A stretch of 49,096 nt of DNA, from IMG/VR virus record IMGVR_UViG_3300005573_000128, positions 1-49,096 of that record, one strand, 5' to 3'. Below are positions 48,054-49,096 of this stretch, in pieces (the first letter of the stretch is position 1; every line of letters starts with the position of its first letter). The position numbers and the translations under genes are program-made. This DNA is from a virus. Lineage: Duplodnaviria > Caudoviricetes. The notes under the pieces are model-generated. The model made no database searches, was not told the DNA's origin, and worked only from the letters and a program-made list of their open reading frames with translations.

Positions 48054-48068
48054 GCGGAAGGAGGAAAG

Positions 48069-48503
48069 ATGGAAAAATTTAATTTCAGTTTTAAAATCAA
48101 TGGTGATGAGATTTATTTTTGTTATAAAAATTTCAAAACCAAAATAAATTCTACAGAATTTGAAAGCTTTCTGAGAAGCAATGGTCTTACAATCATTCAT
48201 TTTCAAAACCTTCACGCGGAAACAATTTTAAACAATACAAAATACCAGTTTATATTTAACGAACAGATTAAAAGTAAAAAGGGGAAATTCTTAATATTTA
48301 AATCTATTCCTGAATTTGAAAGAGGGATGACACCTTGTGTCAAAAGAACTACAGTTGTTTTTTTACCCCACCAAAAAGCAAGAATCACAACTGATTGGAT
48401 AAAATTAAAAATAAATTCAGATACTCTAGAAATTGAGGAATTTTACCATAAAAAACACATATATATATGGAATGGAGAAAATCTAATAATGGAGGAAAAA
48501 TGA
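48069..48503 (+). CDS. hypothetical protein
   Basis: GGAGG RBS, preceded by a TTCCGCCT/AGGCGGAA hairpin. Confidence 0.7.
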   Translation: MEKFNFSFKINGDEIYFCYKNFKTKINSTEFESFLRSNGLTIIHFQNLHAETILNNTKYQFIFNEQIKSKKGKFLIFKSIPEFERGMTPCVKRTTVVFLPHQKARITTDWIKLKINSDTLEIEEFYHKKHIYIWNGENLIMEEK

Positions 48504-48742
48504 AAAATATGGAATGTCCATATTGTGGGACTAGGATTGATAAAATTCTTATTATTGAAGAGGGTTCATATCTTTGGGAGCCGGAATTGAATGAAGAGGG
48601 AAAAATAATATGGGCTACTGGCGAATTTCAAACTTCGGATATTTACCAAGTCTGCCCAGAATGCGGAGCAAAACTATGTGATTATGATGAAGAAAAGATT
48701 ATAAAAATGCTAAAAAGGAGGAAAAATGAAAAAGCTGATTGA
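48500..48742 (+). CDS. zinc-ribbon protein
   Basis: CPYCG...CPECG; GGAGG RBS and ATGA coupling favour start at 48500. Confidence 0.7.
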   Translation: MKNMECPYCGTRIDKILIIEEGSYLWEPELNEEGKIIWATGEFQTSDIYQVCPECGAKLCDYDEEKIIKMLKRRKNEKAD

Positions 48743-49091
48743 TAAAGATTACATTTGTTTTTCAGATTTGAAAAAACTTATTAACAGAATGTGGAAAATC
48801 ATAAAATCGGCAAATTTTAAGAAGATAGATGAATTACCAAAGATTTTGGAGAAGATAAGAACTCAAGAGCATATAAAGATTGATGTATCTAAATCGCAAA
48901 ATAATGTGTATTTTGAAGTAAGACATCTGTTATTCCCATCTTCTTGGACGATTTCGATTAACGACGGAAGAGCAAGTTTGAGATATTTTGTAATCATGAA
49001 TGGGGAAATTGATAAAATGGAAATATTGTATAACGAAAGTATTTTATTAAATGATAAATGGTTTAAAGAACTAATGAAAGTTTTAAAGTAG
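48726..49091 (+). CDS. hypothetical protein
   Basis: AGGAGG RBS; 121 aa. Confidence 0.65.
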   Translation: MKKLIDKDYICFSDLKKLINRMWKIIKSANFKKIDELPKILEKIRTQEHIKIDVSKSQNNVYFEVRHLLFPSSWTISINDGRASLRYFVIMNGEIDKMEILYNESILLNDKWFKELMKVLK

Positions 49092-49096
49092 TTAAA

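Noticed and set aside
3455-48215. Minus-strand ORFs of 60-131 aa in the track
   Set aside because: They are S/F/I/L-rich shadows of K/E-rich plus-strand genes, with no RBS or recognisable motifs.
1-49096. Alternative genetic code or stop-codon readthrough
   Set aside because: The standard code gives dense, tightly coupled ORFs including a 15-kb one, and the tRNA is Glu rather than a suppressor.

Overview
A very AT-rich, probably near-complete genome of a tailed dsDNA phage with a podovirus-like layout. Every credible long gene is on the + strand. Sigma70-type promoters, Shine-Dalgarno sites and peptidoglycan hydrolases indicate a bacterial host, and the K/E/I-rich proteins hint at a thermophile (inference). 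The modules in order are: a repeat-rich control region (0.95-1.9 kb); lysis genes, tRNA-Glu and an MTase (2.1-3.9 kb); a mirror-symmetric iteron region (probable origin) and a RepA-like AAA helicase (3.9-6.6 kb); portal, scaffold, capsid and tail genes (7.9-18.4 kb); putative ejection proteins including a 4985-aa giant with a JAB/RadC-like domain (18.5-35 kb); a terminase split into two genes; SSB, Cas4-like nuclease, phosphoesterase, HNH, ankyrins, a lytic transglycosylase and two more MTases (36.8-45 kb); and a COOH-NH2 ligase, class II amidotransferase and zincin cassette (45.4-48 kb). No integrase or DNA polymerase was recognised. The most striking observations are: (1) about 120 copies (hand count) of GCGGAA/TTCCGC across both strands and all reading frames, alongside strong GATC depletion and three orphan MTases; (2) a complete tRNA-Glu lying in frame within the first 25 codons of an MTase ORF; (3) GC-clamped hairpins whose loops are antisense to translation-start-like sequences; (4) ~100-bp palindromic elements in inverted orientation near both ends. 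All calls come from motif recognition by eye, with no database searches.
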